Counted from the first letter of the stretch, positions 37,324-47,384 are shown. The stretch: 64,000 bases of DNA from Pseudomonadota bacterium (GCA_039111475.1 JBCCIP010000008.1:15273-79272), one strand, 5' to 3'. Notes: a model not told the origin generated them from the sequence alone. Made by a program: numbers and translations.

Positions 37324-38454
37324 TTATGCTTTGAACAGAACTTTCAACTCAGAAATGTACGGCAGTGAAGCGATATCGTCTTGTAATGATCTAACGTATT
37401 TCTCAGCATCACCGGCACTCGCAAGAACGCTAATCGGTAGTATCAGCTCAGCATGAACTGAACCAGACAAAAAGTGTAGGCGAACGTTGTTCAGCTCTTT
37501 GGCTGGAACGTTTGGCCAGCATTGTGACAGAGAATTTATTACACTCTGTCGACTTGGCAAGGTTGCATTCAAGGGTTCGTTTTCATCGTCTTCCGGGTCT
37601 ATATGCACTGTTACATCATTGACCAGCTCGCTGTCATTCAACAATGCGTTGCGTACGGAATCTCCGATTTGATGCCCTTCAGACACGCTCAGTTTTGGGT
37701 CCACCTGTATGTGCACATCCACAAATGCATCACCTGCGCTCGTGCGAGTGCGCAGTTCGTGTACGGCCCGCACTCCGGCCACCGCCAACATTATCCGCTT
37801 AAGCTTCTCTATTTCCTCTACTTCCAGTGCTGAATCGATCAGCTCTTCGCTGCTGGAACGCGCAAGATCAAAACCGATTTTTGCGATCATTACGGCAACA
37901 ACCACCGCGGCAACGGCGTCTAACAATGGGTAGCCAAGCATGGCCCCACCAATGCCAATCAGCACCACGATTGAAGATACGGCATCTGAGCGGCTGTGCC
38001 ACGCATTTGCCCTTAACAAATCCGACTTATACTTCTTTGCCGCTCGCATCGTGTAGTGATATATCCATTCTTTACTGGCAATGGATAGCGCAGCAACCAG
38101 TAAAGCCAACACACCAGGTGTGAGTAGTTCGTTTGCGTTAATTAAGCGCACGATAGCGTCAGCTGCAATACCAAGCGCAAGCAAAATCAAGGTTGCACCT
38201 AAAACAACCGTTGCCAGAGTTTCTATGCGGCCATGCCCATACGGGTGTTCGGCATCAGCTGCTTTGTTGGAATGCTTCGCTGCGTAAAGTACAAAACCAT
38301 CGGTAGCAAGATCTGAAAACGAGTGAATTCCGTCGGCAAACAATGCCTGAGAATTTGCCAGCCATCCCACTGTTAGTTTTGCGACACCTAATAAAAAATC
38401 GGCGATAGCGCCGACAATGGTGACCTTGCGCAGTTCTTTGTATCGTTCATTCAT
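37324..38454 (-). CDS. Cation diffusion facilitator (CDF) transporter
   Basis: SQAL.ADGIHSFSD, HPYGHGRIE, ANAWHSRSD, VSEGH, VHIDPEDDE. Confidence 0.93.
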   Translation of the reverse strand: MNERYKELRKVTIVGAIADFLLGVAKLTVGWLANSQALFADGIHSFSDLATDGFVLYAAKHSNKAADAEHPYGHGRIETLATVVLGATLILLALGIAADAIVRLINANELLTPGVLALLVAALSIASKEWIYHYTMRAAKKYKSDLLRANAWHSRSDAVSSIVVLIGIGGAMLGYPLLDAVAAVVVAVMIAKIGFDLARSSSEELIDSALEVEEIEKLKRIMLAVAGVRAVHELRTRTSAGDAFVDVHIQVDPKLSVSEGHQIGDSVRNALLNDSELVNDVTVHIDPEDDENEPLNATLPSRQSVINSLSQCWPNVPAKELNNVRLHFLSGSVHAELILPISVLASAGDAEKYVRSLQDDIASLPYISELKVLFKA

Positions 38455-38543
38455 TGCCCACGGAGTTTACCAGAACTAAGGTAGTGCGATGGATAGGTTG
38501 TGATGCGTTCATACGGAGCAATTGAGCAATCACTTACTTCCTC

Positions 38544-39764
38544 TTAGTGACTTTGATTGCCCTTTTCTTTAGGCAGACTTAACTGAAGAACCACATACGC
38601 AATAAGTGCCGACAAAATCGAACCAAGTAAAATTCCCAGGCGATCACCCTGGAAATAGGCACCACTGCCATGCTCAAAAGCCAAACCCGCAATAAACAGA
38701 CTCATGGTGAAACCAATACCACATGCCGCGGAAACACCCAACAACTGAGCCCAATTCATATCCTTTGGCAGACTAACCAACTTAAGCGCAACAGCAAGAC
38801 CAACAAACGCCAGTATGCCTATTGGTTTACCCAACAACAGCCCGCTGGTGATGCCCAAGGTGACCGGATGCAATAAATCATCCATCGACATGCTACCCAA
38901 TGCGAGCCCCGCGTTGGCGAACGCAAAAATAGGCAGTATTGCGAACGCCACTGGTCCATGAAGATTATGTTCCAAATCTTGCAGCGGTGAATGACCTTTA
39001 CCGTCGCGCATAGGAATACAAAATGCAATCAACACGCCCGCCAGGGTTGCGTGCACACCCGACTTGAGCACAGCAACCCAAAGGACGATACCCACAAAAA
39101 TGTAGCTGGATGTGCGAGTGACACCGGATCTGTTCATGATGACTGCCACTGCCAGCGCCATGCTGCCTATAGTCAGTGCGGTGAGAGAAATATCCGCCGA
39201 ATAGAAAATTGCGATAATAATAATGGCGGCGAGATCGTCAAAAATTGCCAGCGTCAGCAAGAACACTTTCAATGACGTTGGCACTCTGCGACCAAAAACA
39301 CTTAACAGACCGAGAGCGAAAGCGATGTCGGTTGCGACAGGTATCGCCCAGCCATCCATAGCAATAGGGTCGTTCCAATTGAGCCAAGAATAGATACCAG
39401 CGGGTACCAACATGCCACCAAGTGCGCCAAAGCCCGGCAGAATTATCTGCGAAGGTGATGACAACTCCCCTTCCATTACCTCACGCTTTATCTCCAGACC
39501 AATCAGGAAGAAGAAGATGGCCATAAGTCCGTCATTGATCCACAGTAGCAAAGGCTTGGAAATCGCAAAATCACCGACGGTTACTGCCACTAAGGTGTCA
39601 AGCAAAGCATCGTAATAACTCGACAGAGAAGTATTGGCCGCAATCATCGCCAGTACGGCGGCGCATAACAGCAATACTCCGCCAGTAGACTCCATGCGCA
39701 TGAACTCTCTGACCGCGGCTAACAGTGGCTGATTCGTGTCGTTGCTTGTCGTTTCGTTTTGCAT
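38544..39764 (-). CDS. nhaA: Na+/H+ antiporter NhaA
   Basis: WINDGLMAIFF..IGLE.KRE, GWAIP.ATDIAF, LAIFDD, LKSGVHAT, GIGFTMS.FI; probable ATG at 39764. Confidence 0.95.
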   Translation of the reverse strand: MQNETTSNDTNQPLLAAVREFMRMESTGGVLLLCAAVLAMIAANTSLSSYYDALLDTLVAVTVGDFAISKPLLLWINDGLMAIFFFLIGLEIKREVMEGELSSPSQIILPGFGALGGMLVPAGIYSWLNWNDPIAMDGWAIPVATDIAFALGLLSVFGRRVPTSLKVFLLTLAIFDDLAAIIIIAIFYSADISLTALTIGSMALAVAVIMNRSGVTRTSSYIFVGIVLWVAVLKSGVHATLAGVLIAFCIPMRDGKGHSPLQDLEHNLHGPVAFAILPIFAFANAGLALGSMSMDDLLHPVTLGITSGLLLGKPIGILAFVGLAVALKLVSLPKDMNWAQLLGVSAACGIGFTMSLFIAGLAFEHGSGAYFQGDRLGILLGSILSALIAYVVLQLSLPKEKGNQSH

Positions 39765-40208
39765 ATATATGGTGCTTAATACAGAATGATCAGCTTTAGT
39801 GCAGCCACCATTGTGCGTCGGAGGCCAGGTATATGCCAACGAATGTTGAAATTTTCAACGCCCCGGGATATTAGCGCTCACTACGCCCAGGTGAAGTGAC
39901 TCTGTGCGGTTATCATACAATGACCCAACAAAAGGCGATCGCCCAGATATATGAGAAATTCGTATATTTACGGTTATACGATCCAATCAACTGAATAGAT
40001 CAATTAATATGATGTGAGTCGATCAGAGAGTATGGTCGTAATGAATGTAGATGCAGGTAGCAACAGTTCAGCAGCTAACCGATAACGTAACGATTTTTGG
40101 AGGATGACCATGAGCAGATCTTATCGCAACCACAACGTTGAAAACGATTCAATTAACGTTTCGATTGCAGCGCCAATGGAAACACAACTTTGGAAAAGGA
40201 GCATCGTT

Positions 40209-41006
40209 ATGCTGAGCACTTTCGCGCTTGTGCTAATGTTTTCCGCTGCAATACTGGCGGACGATCATGCTAACGCTGCGCAAAGTTGCGAAGGGTTTGG
40301 CCCTCAAACTCCTCGTGATATAGATCAATTGTCAGGTACCAACAAGCGGGCATTTTCACTGGCGCCGGCGTACACAGAGATGAATCTCTGCAATATTCAT
40401 TTCCACAAAAATGCAGAACACAAGGCGAAAGATTTTGCGATTTTTGCTGGCGAAGGTAACAAGAAAGGCGTGGGTGGCGGTTATCAGTGCGCAATTAGTC
40501 AGTCGCTCAGTAACGCAGAGCGTAAACCAATATCAAAGTCAGTGTGCGGTGGTATAGAACCAGGTGACACCGTGGAATTCCATTGGGTGCATTCATCGTG
40601 CGATGTGGCTCCTGGACCCAGTCTTGGAGCGTGTTTGTCGGATAAATGCGCTAATCCAAATCTGCGAGTGGAAACTCAAGTATTTACAGTAGTGAACGAC
40701 AAGAACGCGAGGAATTTTGATGACTTCCGCTACGACGCTGCACAGGAAGGTGGCTTGCACCAGGTTAAAGCACTGCCAACTAACACTGGACAGCCAGTTG
40801 AGTTCACCGGCTCTACCACTGGCCCGTCGTACAACGCGCAGCAATGTTCGCCTCTGCAGGTGTCGTGGAGCGTTCGCCCGCACTGCGCCAAGGTCAGCAT
40901 TCAGAGCCTCGCGAAATGGTGCGAAAACAACGAGTTTGATGAAGATCACGCACATGGTGTCAGAGAATTAGTGACAGACCCTGCACTGTTGTCTGAAATC
41001 AAGTAA
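40209..41006 (+). CDS. Delta-class carbonic anhydrase, exported
   Basis: GPQTPRDID, MNLCNIHFH.NAEH, EFHWVHSSC, LRVE.QVF, GSTTGP, CSP.QV.W, HAHGVR.LV; AAGGAG RBS and signal peptide from ATG 40209 (track start 40104). Confidence 0.85.
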   Translation: MLSTFALVLMFSAAILADDHANAAQSCEGFGPQTPRDIDQLSGTNKRAFSLAPAYTEMNLCNIHFHKNAEHKAKDFAIFAGEGNKKGVGGGYQCAISQSLSNAERKPISKSVCGGIEPGDTVEFHWVHSSCDVAPGPSLGACLSDKCANPNLRVETQVFTVVNDKNARNFDDFRYDAAQEGGLHQVKALPTNTGQPVEFTGSTTGPSYNAQQCSPLQVSWSVRPHCAKVSIQSLAKWCENNEFDEDHAHGVRELVTDPALLSEIK

Positions 41007-41123
41007 GTCGCTACTTGACGGTCGCAGCGGGTCAGTGGCAGGATGAAACTCTTGGGAAAGTAAGGTTTGCGTATTGGAGTAAACGTTGCGGCGACAATCA
41101 TTAATTGAAAATAGGGGTTTGAT

Positions 41124-41603
41124 GTGATCAATAAATTAAGGAAGACATGTATTTGTGCCGCATCGGTTGCAACTTTATTATTGGCACCGGTCGCTATTTC
41201 ACACTTTGACGATAAGGAAATGGCGCAATCCTATCGCCAGTCCTGGTTCGCCATAGTGGCGTCAAACTTTGGCCCAATGGCTGCAATGATGAAAGGCGAT
41301 ATGCCTTACGACGAATCACGCATGAAAGAACATGCAAGTGATTTATCTGCGCTTGCGTCTATGAATATTATGCGCGGGTTTGCCGAGGGTACTGACCAAG
41401 GTACCACTCGAGCCAAGCCGGAAGTATGGGAAAACAAAGAAGACTTCAGCAAAAAAATGGATGATTTAGTCACAGCCATTGCGGCACTAGATGCGGCGGC
41501 GCAAACCGGTGAAAAGAAAGAAATTGCACCGGCGTTTGGTGCAACCGGCAAAGCCTGCAAGGCTTGCCATGATGACTACAAGTCTAAAGACTACTTGTAC
41601 TAA
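41124..41603 (+). CDS. Cytochrome c' (class II cytochrome c)
   Basis: Signal peptide, YRQ, T.AKPEVW, C-terminal CKACH. Confidence 0.92.
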   Translation: MINKLRKTCICAASVATLLLAPVAISHFDDKEMAQSYRQSWFAIVASNFGPMAAMMKGDMPYDESRMKEHASDLSALASMNIMRGFAEGTDQGTTRAKPEVWENKEDFSKKMDDLVTAIAALDAAAQTGEKKEIAPAFGATGKACKACHDDYKSKDYLY

Positions 41604-41609
41604 GCGTTG

Positions 41610-42305
41610 TTAGAACCACTGACTCGTTGGCTGTGGTGCTGACTGCACCGCAGCCCACAACGCGACGGCAACAATCAACAGTATAGCAAGCCATCGCCAG
41701 CTCGGTTTGGGTGGTGCATCCGAATAGACATCATCGTCAGCGCCTAGAATCATTGGCTTTAGAAGATTCTTGCCGCGCCAGGTATAAAAAAACACAGCTG
41801 CAATGTGCAGCGCGATGCACACAAGCAAAACATTAAACGCATAATCATGAACAACGCCAAAGCGGTCCTGCCATTCCGACTCTACCAGGTGGTAGAGCGG
41901 CCCATTAAACAGAATATCATCGCTGTTAAACAAGCCGCTGAGTGATTGCACAAGCAGCAAGCTCAACATTAGTACAACCGACCATCCACCCGCCGGATTG
42001 TGCCCAACCACTTTGTGACTGGGCAAGGAAGCCTGTGCGTCTTCGGGCGACGAAAACAAATAGTCTATTACGGTTCGTGGACCCTTCACAAACGTAGCAA
42101 ACCGGGATGGTTTACTACCAACGAAACCCCATATCAATCGACTGATAACCAATACAAAAATGCCGTACCCGGTCCATTGGTGAAGATCTGTGCGCTGTGT
42201 TTCCGCACTCCACCAGGCTAACAGCATCGCCACAATAAAGAGGCCATGGCCTAGGCGAGTAGGCAGATCCCAAACCGGCCATTTTTTTCCAGTCGACTTC
42301 TCCAA
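41610..42305 (-). CDS. Cytochrome b/b6-like di-heme membrane protein
   Basis: VWDLPTRL.H, H...GY, RLIWGFVG, GHNP.GG, H...F, LHI.AV, MI.G. Confidence 0.9.
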   Translation of the reverse strand: MEKSTGKKWPVWDLPTRLGHGLFIVAMLLAWWSAETQRTDLHQWTGYGIFVLVISRLIWGFVGSKPSRFATFVKGPRTVIDYLFSSPEDAQASLPSHKVVGHNPAGGWSVVLMLSLLLVQSLSGLFNSDDILFNGPLYHLVESEWQDRFGVVHDYAFNVLLVCIALHIAAVFFYTWRGKNLLKPMILGADDDVYSDAPPKPSWRWLAILLIVAVALWAAVQSAPQPTSQWF

Positions 42306-42384
42306 CAGTACCTCACTGCTTCACATGACAAATAAGGTGTCAGTCTACTATCGAACCACACTACTGCAAATATATGTCGGTTTA

Positions 42385-42398
42385 GCGTAACGTTACGC
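42385..42398. promoter_or_regulatory. Perfect 14-bp palindrome, possible operator
   Basis: GCGTAACGTTACGC, about 80 bp upstream of the cytochrome b gene. Confidence 0.45.
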
Positions 42399-42543
42399 AG
42401 TTCTTAACTAGGACATGTCACGCTAGGCGCGACCTCCTATTTTCCAATTGAAGTAACCACCTGCAATCCCTCGTAGATGGGTAGATACGCAGCACGCAGT
42501 GTTTTTCCAGCAATACCAAGTCGATGGGATACTCCTCGACCAA

Positions 42544-42618
42544 TCAGACGAGTATTGACTTTTGCCGCCGCCGAAACAGCCTCCACCGCAGAATCAGCCT
42601 GAGTAAATGCGGCAACAT
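42544..42618 (-). other. Candidate 24-aa small ORF within a putative FNR-dependent transcript
   Basis: ATG 42618 to TGA 42544 encodes MLPHLLRLILRWRLFRRRQKSILV, preceded by AGAGAG. Confidence 0.3.
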
Positions 42619-42668
42619 TGTGCTCTCTAAAATCACGCAGTTGTTCGCGATTGGAACCTTGTCCTTTC

Positions 42669-42682
42669 TTGACATGGATCAA
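42669..42682. promoter_or_regulatory. FNR/ANR box downstream of fnr
   Basis: TTGAC-ATGG-ATCAA, one mismatch to consensus. Confidence 0.75.
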
Positions 42683-42727
42683 ACCATCTGCGAGTTGTAT
42701 TAGAGGTGGGTGCTGTGAATTGAAAAA

Positions 42728-43471
42728 CTAGGCCTGAACGCCAGCAATCTGCTTCAGCGCGTCGATGTCCTGAATTCGTACAGCCCGGCCTTCCACGTCA
42801 ATCCAGATATTCTTCTTGAAGCGACCGAACACACGACTGACTGTTTCGATGGTAAGACCCAAAAAATTGCCGATATCCATACGCGACATTGGCAGCAGGA
42901 AACGTTCACCGGAAAGCTGACGCCTGGCGAAACGCGCAGAAAGGCTTAGCAGAAATGCGGCAACGCGCTCATCGGCCGTGTTCTTGCTAAGTAAGGTAAG
43001 CAGTTTTTGATCGTCAGCAATTTCGCGACTTAGAAGCTTGAAGAAATACCTCTGTAAGTTTGGTAATTGCAAACTCAGATCACCCAGTTGATCGAAAGGA
43101 ATTTCGCAAACGGAAGACGTTTCCAACGCTATCGCTGAACTGGCGTATTTGTGATTGGCAATACCATCAACGCCCAGGATTTCACCGGGCAAATAAAAGC
43201 CCGTGACTTGCTCTTCCCCAGCGCTGGTAGTGCAAAATGCTTTTAAGGAACCCGATCTCACCGCATAGACTGAGCCAAATTCACTTTGTTGTGAATATAG
43301 GGTATCGCCTTTCTGAAGCGGTTTACCACGGCGGACTATTTCATCCAGCTTAACGATGTCTGCACTGGCAACCGCCAGCGGCAAGCAAATACCACTTAAT
43401 CTGCAATCTGCGCAAGAAACCTCTTGGTTATGCGGGCAATGGTGCTGCATGGATCGCTTCCTTTGCGGCAC
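42728..43471 (-). CDS. fnr: Fumarate/nitrate reduction regulator FNR/ANR
   Basis: N-terminal C..C.....C cluster (CADCRLSGIC), VCEIPF, GEEQVTGF.LPGE, DIGN.LGLT.ETVSR; alternative ATG at 43450. Confidence 0.93.
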   Translation of the reverse strand: MPQRKRSMQHHCPHNQEVSCADCRLSGICLPLAVASADIVKLDEIVRRGKPLQKGDTLYSQQSEFGSVYAVRSGSLKAFCTTSAGEEQVTGFYLPGEILGVDGIANHKYASSAIALETSSVCEIPFDQLGDLSLQLPNLQRYFFKLLSREIADDQKLLTLLSKNTADERVAAFLLSLSARFARRQLSGERFLLPMSRMDIGNFLGLTIETVSRVFGRFKKNIWIDVEGRAVRIQDIDALKQIAGVQA

Positions 43472-43537
43472 GAATAATCGTGTCCGTCGACCACGGTATT
43501 ATAGCGTTTCGGAGTGACAGGAAGCGAGAATTCTCAG

Positions 43538-43786
43538 CTACTGCTCTGCGTCTTCGCTTTGACCAAGTGCGATCACAGACTCTTGAGCGTCATTTTCCGA
43601 ATAGCGCTTATCCTTCCAGCTGGCAAACAGCAAGGTCAGCAAACCAAGCAACACTTCGTCAGCGAACGGTACGAAATCAGGAATGAAAAGATCTGCCACA
43701 AATAACGCCCCTGTCAGCCAGAACAGTTGGCGAAAGCGCAATTTTCTCGCCCATGCGAGCAAGGCTGTGGCTACCGGAATATTCAT
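43538..43786 (-). CDS. Small membrane protein, DUF6116-like
   Basis: MNIPV...LRFRQLF..TGALF..DLFIPD..PFADE.LLGL.TLL.ASWK; start at 43786 inside the longer track ORF. Confidence 0.75.
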   Translation of the reverse strand: MNIPVATALLAWARKLRFRQLFWLTGALFVADLFIPDFVPFADEVLLGLLTLLFASWKDKRYSENDAQESVIALGQSEDAEQ

Positions 43787-43962
43787 TGATTCAGCTTGCC
43801 TGCTACGCCGCAGTCTTGCAAGACCTTGAAACCGTAATTTGCATTCAGGCCGCTCGCTGCGCCAGCGAACCAGTCCAAGCGATCTGAGAAAAATGTAAGC
43901 CTGTACGATGCAGTTCGGGTTATCCTTGCTTTGCGCAAGTAAACCGCGCTTAGGAGTCAATA

Positions 43963-45870
43963 ATGAGCAAGCTTCCCAACGACGCATTCCTTGATCAGGC
44001 CCTAATGGAGGCCAGTATTCCTGCGTTGATGATGTCAATGATTCACCTAAGCGGCGACACAAGCCTGATAGATGGTGATATTCGCCCGAATCGCATAGAG
44101 ATGTTGCAAAAGATGGACGGCGGCCTTAGCGAGCAGCAGCAGGCCAATGTTCGCGAGATGCTGAAGCAAACCCTTAAAGCAGCACATAACTCGGGCACAG
44201 AGCCAACAATGGACTTTGAACGCGGCGAACTTGAAAAAATGCTCGCATACGCTGTGGGCGAACAGCAGATGGAGCCGCGCTACAACGACATGATGCTGGA
44301 AGAATTGGCCATTGACCGCCAAGACACCAAACGGGTTGCAATTGATTCTCAAGCGGTGGCGAAGGCGGGCTTGAAAGTTGCAATCATCGGCGCTGGCGTG
44401 TCGGGTCTATTGCTGGCGATGCGTTTGCAGCAAGCCGGTATCGATTATGTGATTCTGGAAAAAAATGCTGACGTTGGCGGCACATGGTTCGAAAACAGCT
44501 ACCCCGGTTGCCGGGTTGACATTGCCAGTCACGCTTACTCGTTTTCATTTGATCATGCCTATCGTTGGCGACATTTCTTTGGTCAACACGAAGAGCTGAG
44601 GGCCTACTTCGCGAACTTTGCCACGCAGCAGGCATTGCGCCAACACATTCAGTTTAATACCGAGGTCACGACTGCACACTACCAGGAGCAAAACCAACAA
44701 TGGACATTAACGTGTCATAGCAACGGTGACGATACGGAAGTACAAGCAGACGTTGTGATCAGCGCGGTAGGTCAGCTTAACCGCCCGAAATTACCAGATA
44801 TGCCGGGCATCAATGACTTCAGCGGCATACACATGCATTCCGCACAGTGGGACCATTCGGTCAACCTGGAAGGAAAGCGCGTGGTGGTGGTGGGTTCGGG
44901 TGCAACAGCGTTTCAGATGGTGCCTGAGCTCGCGAAAATAACCTCTCAGCTAAGCGTTTTCCAACGCACTCCACAGTGGATGATTTCAAACCCTGGTTAC
45001 CACGAAGCGGTTAGCGAAGAGCACATGTGGTGCTTCGATAATCTGCCAGGTTATGCGCGTTGGTACCGAATTCTGGCGCTTTGGCCAATGCTGGATAAAT
45101 CCAAGCTGCTCGCTGAAATTGAACCTGGCTGGGACGACGGCGGTTTAAGCTGTGGCCAATGGAACAGCCGTATGCGCGACAACTTGGTGAGCTACATTTC
45201 AGCACAAGTAGACGATCAGGAACTGCTGAAGAATGTTATCCCGAACTATCCGCCCATGGGCACGCGAGTATTGCAAGACAATGGCAGCTGGCTGCAGACG
45301 TTGCAGCAACCTCACGTTGATTTGGTTACCGAGGCCGTCAGTGAAGTGACACCTAACGGGGTTCGCGGCGCTAATGGCACGGAAGTGGAAGCAGACATCA
45401 TTGTATGGGCCACCGGCTTTCAAACCGACCGGTTTGTGTGGCCAATGCAAGTGTCAGGCCGCAATGGCGCGCAACTTGACGATGTATGGTCCGGCGCACC
45501 AAAAGCATATCTGGGTATGACTGTGCCCTCTTTCCCCAATTTCTTCTGCCTTTATGGGCCAAATACGAATGTTGCTCACACCGGCAATGTCATTCTGATC
45601 GCGGAATGTCAAACTCGTTACGTGATGAGCGCACTCAAAGCGATGTGCGAAAAAGGAATCAAATCTGTTGAGTGCAGAGAGGATGTTGCCGATGACTATG
45701 AACAACGATTAACAGAGTCTCTCAGCACAAAAGTGTGGTCGCACCCGGCGGTGCAAGGCTTCTATCGCCTGGGGTCAACTGGTCGGGTGGTGATCAATAT
45801 GCCCTGGGATGCGGTTGATTATTGGGAATGGACCAAGCAATTGGATGAGACCAACTATCTGATTTCATAA
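43963..45870 (+). CDS. Baeyer-Villiger / flavin monooxygenase with N-terminal extension (4-hydroxyacetophenone monooxygenase-like)
   Basis: GAGVSG, GGTW..N.YPGCRVD, FSGIHMHSAQW fingerprint, GSGATA.Q, ATGF. Confidence 0.9.
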   Translation: MSKLPNDAFLDQALMEASIPALMMSMIHLSGDTSLIDGDIRPNRIEMLQKMDGGLSEQQQANVREMLKQTLKAAHNSGTEPTMDFERGELEKMLAYAVGEQQMEPRYNDMMLEELAIDRQDTKRVAIDSQAVAKAGLKVAIIGAGVSGLLLAMRLQQAGIDYVILEKNADVGGTWFENSYPGCRVDIASHAYSFSFDHAYRWRHFFGQHEELRAYFANFATQQALRQHIQFNTEVTTAHYQEQNQQWTLTCHSNGDDTEVQADVVISAVGQLNRPKLPDMPGINDFSGIHMHSAQWDHSVNLEGKRVVVVGSGATAFQMVPELAKITSQLSVFQRTPQWMISNPGYHEAVSEEHMWCFDNLPGYARWYRILALWPMLDKSKLLAEIEPGWDDGGLSCGQWNSRMRDNLVSYISAQVDDQELLKNVIPNYPPMGTRVLQDNGSWLQTLQQPHVDLVTEAVSEVTPNGVRGANGTEVEADIIVWATGFQTDRFVWPMQVSGRNGAQLDDVWSGAPKAYLGMTVPSFPNFFCLYGPNTNVAHTGNVILIAECQTRYVMSALKAMCEKGIKSVECREDVADDYEQRLTESLSTKVWSHPAVQGFYRLGSTGRVVINMPWDAVDYWEWTKQLDETNYLIS

Positions 45871-45896
45871 CAAATTATAAAATAAACACTAAGATA

Positions 45897-45934
45897 TTTG
45901 ACATATATGTCTCATATGTGACATATTTGTCTCA
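45897..45934. promoter_or_regulatory. Tandem TetR operators overlapping a probable leaderless sigma70 promoter
   Basis: TTTGACATATATGTCTCA (45897) and TGTGACATATTTGTCTCA (45917), 20-bp period; -35 TTGACA at 45898 and TG-n-CATATT at 45919-45927. Confidence 0.75.
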
Positions 45935-46491
45935 TGAACAATATTAAGCGAGTTTCAACTAAAGAGGCTCTAGTGGACGCAGGCTTTGAGGTACTGAGCC
46001 GAAACCCTGGAGCAAACCTGTCAGATATTGCCGGTGCTGCCGGCGTATCCAGAGCAACCTTACACCGTTACTTTCCCTCGCGAGAGGCGATGATAGAGGA
46101 GCTTGCCCAGATTGCTCTAAAGGAAATAGACCAAGCCTGCGAACAGGCTTGTGACGGCCTGCAAAGCGCTGCCGAGATGCTGCAAAGCATTTTCCATGCA
46201 CTTGTACCTCTAGGCGACCGGCATGGTTTTCTGAGTTACGAGACTGTGCCAAGTAACAGCATCTTGCACTCTGAATTCCATCGCCAAGACAGGGAAACTG
46301 AAGAACTGGTAGCCGCTGCGAAGGAAGAAGGTCTTTTTGACCCTGGCGTTCCAGACAGTTGGATCGCAGAAGCGTTTGACTACCTGTTGTACGCCGCGTG
46401 GAACAATATTCGCGCTGGGCAGGCAACCACAAACCAGGCCGCTGAACTGGCCTGGCGAACGTTTACTTCCGGATTGGGAGCGCGTTCGTGA
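45934..46491 (+). CDS. TetR family transcriptional regulator
   Basis: PGA.LSDIA..AGVSRATLHRYF.SRE HTH. Confidence 0.93.
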   Translation: MNNIKRVSTKEALVDAGFEVLSRNPGANLSDIAGAAGVSRATLHRYFPSREAMIEELAQIALKEIDQACEQACDGLQSAAEMLQSIFHALVPLGDRHGFLSYETVPSNSILHSEFHRQDRETEELVAAAKEEGLFDPGVPDSWIAEAFDYLLYAAWNNIRAGQATTNQAAELAWRTFTSGLGARS

Positions 46492-47384
46492 CCGCTGAAG
46501 AACTTGATCTACTAGCGACTAGCATTGATGATTCATTTTTTCTGATTGGTGTTGGCGTTTTAATCTATGAGTTGCTAAGAGGCTTAGCCAACAATTCGCT
46601 AGGTAAACAACGCGTATTGGACATGCTGACCAGCGTTTCCACACAACTGCCGTCGTTTTTGATTCAGGTTTTTGTAATTGGCTTCGCATACCTTGGTTAT
46701 TTGAAGCTCAGTGATTCGCTTATTGGCTGGACGTTCTCAATCAATGGCTGGACCATACTTGCAGCGGTGTTAGCCTGTGATTTCGTGTATTACTGGGAAC
46801 ACAGATGCTCGCACGTAATCCGCTTACTGTGGACGCAGCATGCGGTCCACCACTCTTCCCGCTTTATGAATATTGCGGTTGCCGCACGCTTTGGACCGCT
46901 TGAAGGCGTCGCTTCCGCCGTACTACATTTACCTTTGATTATTATTGGCTTTCCCCCCGCTCTAGTGTTTTTCGGAATTGTTACAGTTCTTGCGTACCAG
47001 ACCTGGCTGCACACTGAAACAATCGGCCGCCTGGGTATGTTGGAGAAACTTCTAAATACGCCGTCCAACCATCGTGTGCACCATGGATGCGATGAGAAAT
47101 ACCTGGACAAAAACTACGGCGGTATTCTGATTATCTGGGATCGAATGTTTGGCAGTTATCAAAGCGAGGAAGAAACACCCAGGTATGGCTTGAAACGAGA
47201 TTTCAATGCGCTCAATCCATTTCATGTGTGTTTTTCAGAGATTCCGGGGTTATATCGTGATGTGCGCGATGCACCGTCGGTAAAACAGGCCATGATGCAT
47301 TTGTTTGCACATCCCAGTTGGACACCGGAATCGGGCAATCAGACGCCAGTGGCCACTTCTAAAATACCTTCGAAGGTTTTATGA
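46488..47384 (+). CDS. Sterol desaturase / fatty acid hydroxylase family protein (alkylglycerol monooxygenase-like)
   Basis: His boxes YYWEHR.SH, HAVHHSS, YQ.W.HTE, NTPS.HRVHH, DKNYGG..IIWDR.FG. Confidence 0.9.
   Translation: MTAEELDLLATSIDDSFFLIGVGVLIYELLRGLANNSLGKQRVLDMLTSVSTQLPSFLIQVFVIGFAYLGYLKLSDSLIGWTFSINGWTILAAVLACDFVYYWEHRCSHVIRLLWTQHAVHHSSRFMNIAVAARFGPLEGVASAVLHLPLIIIGFPPALVFFGIVTVLAYQTWLHTETIGRLGMLEKLLNTPSNHRVHHGCDEKYLDKNYGGILIIWDRMFGSYQSEEETPRYGLKRDFNALNPFHVCFSEIPGLYRDVRDAPSVKQAMMHLFAHPSWTPESGNQTPVATSKIPSKVL

Noticed and set aside
41119..41131. TTGAT-GTG-ATCAA at the cytochrome c' start as an FNR box
   Set aside because: Spacer is 3 nt rather than 4, and it overlaps the start codon
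42437..42682. 81-aa minus-strand track ORF
   Set aside because: Starts at a TTG inside the FNR box with no RBS and no recognisable motifs
43787..44062. N-terminal extension of track ORF 43538-44062
   Set aside because: Overlaps the divergent BVMO gene; the recognisable protein begins at 43786
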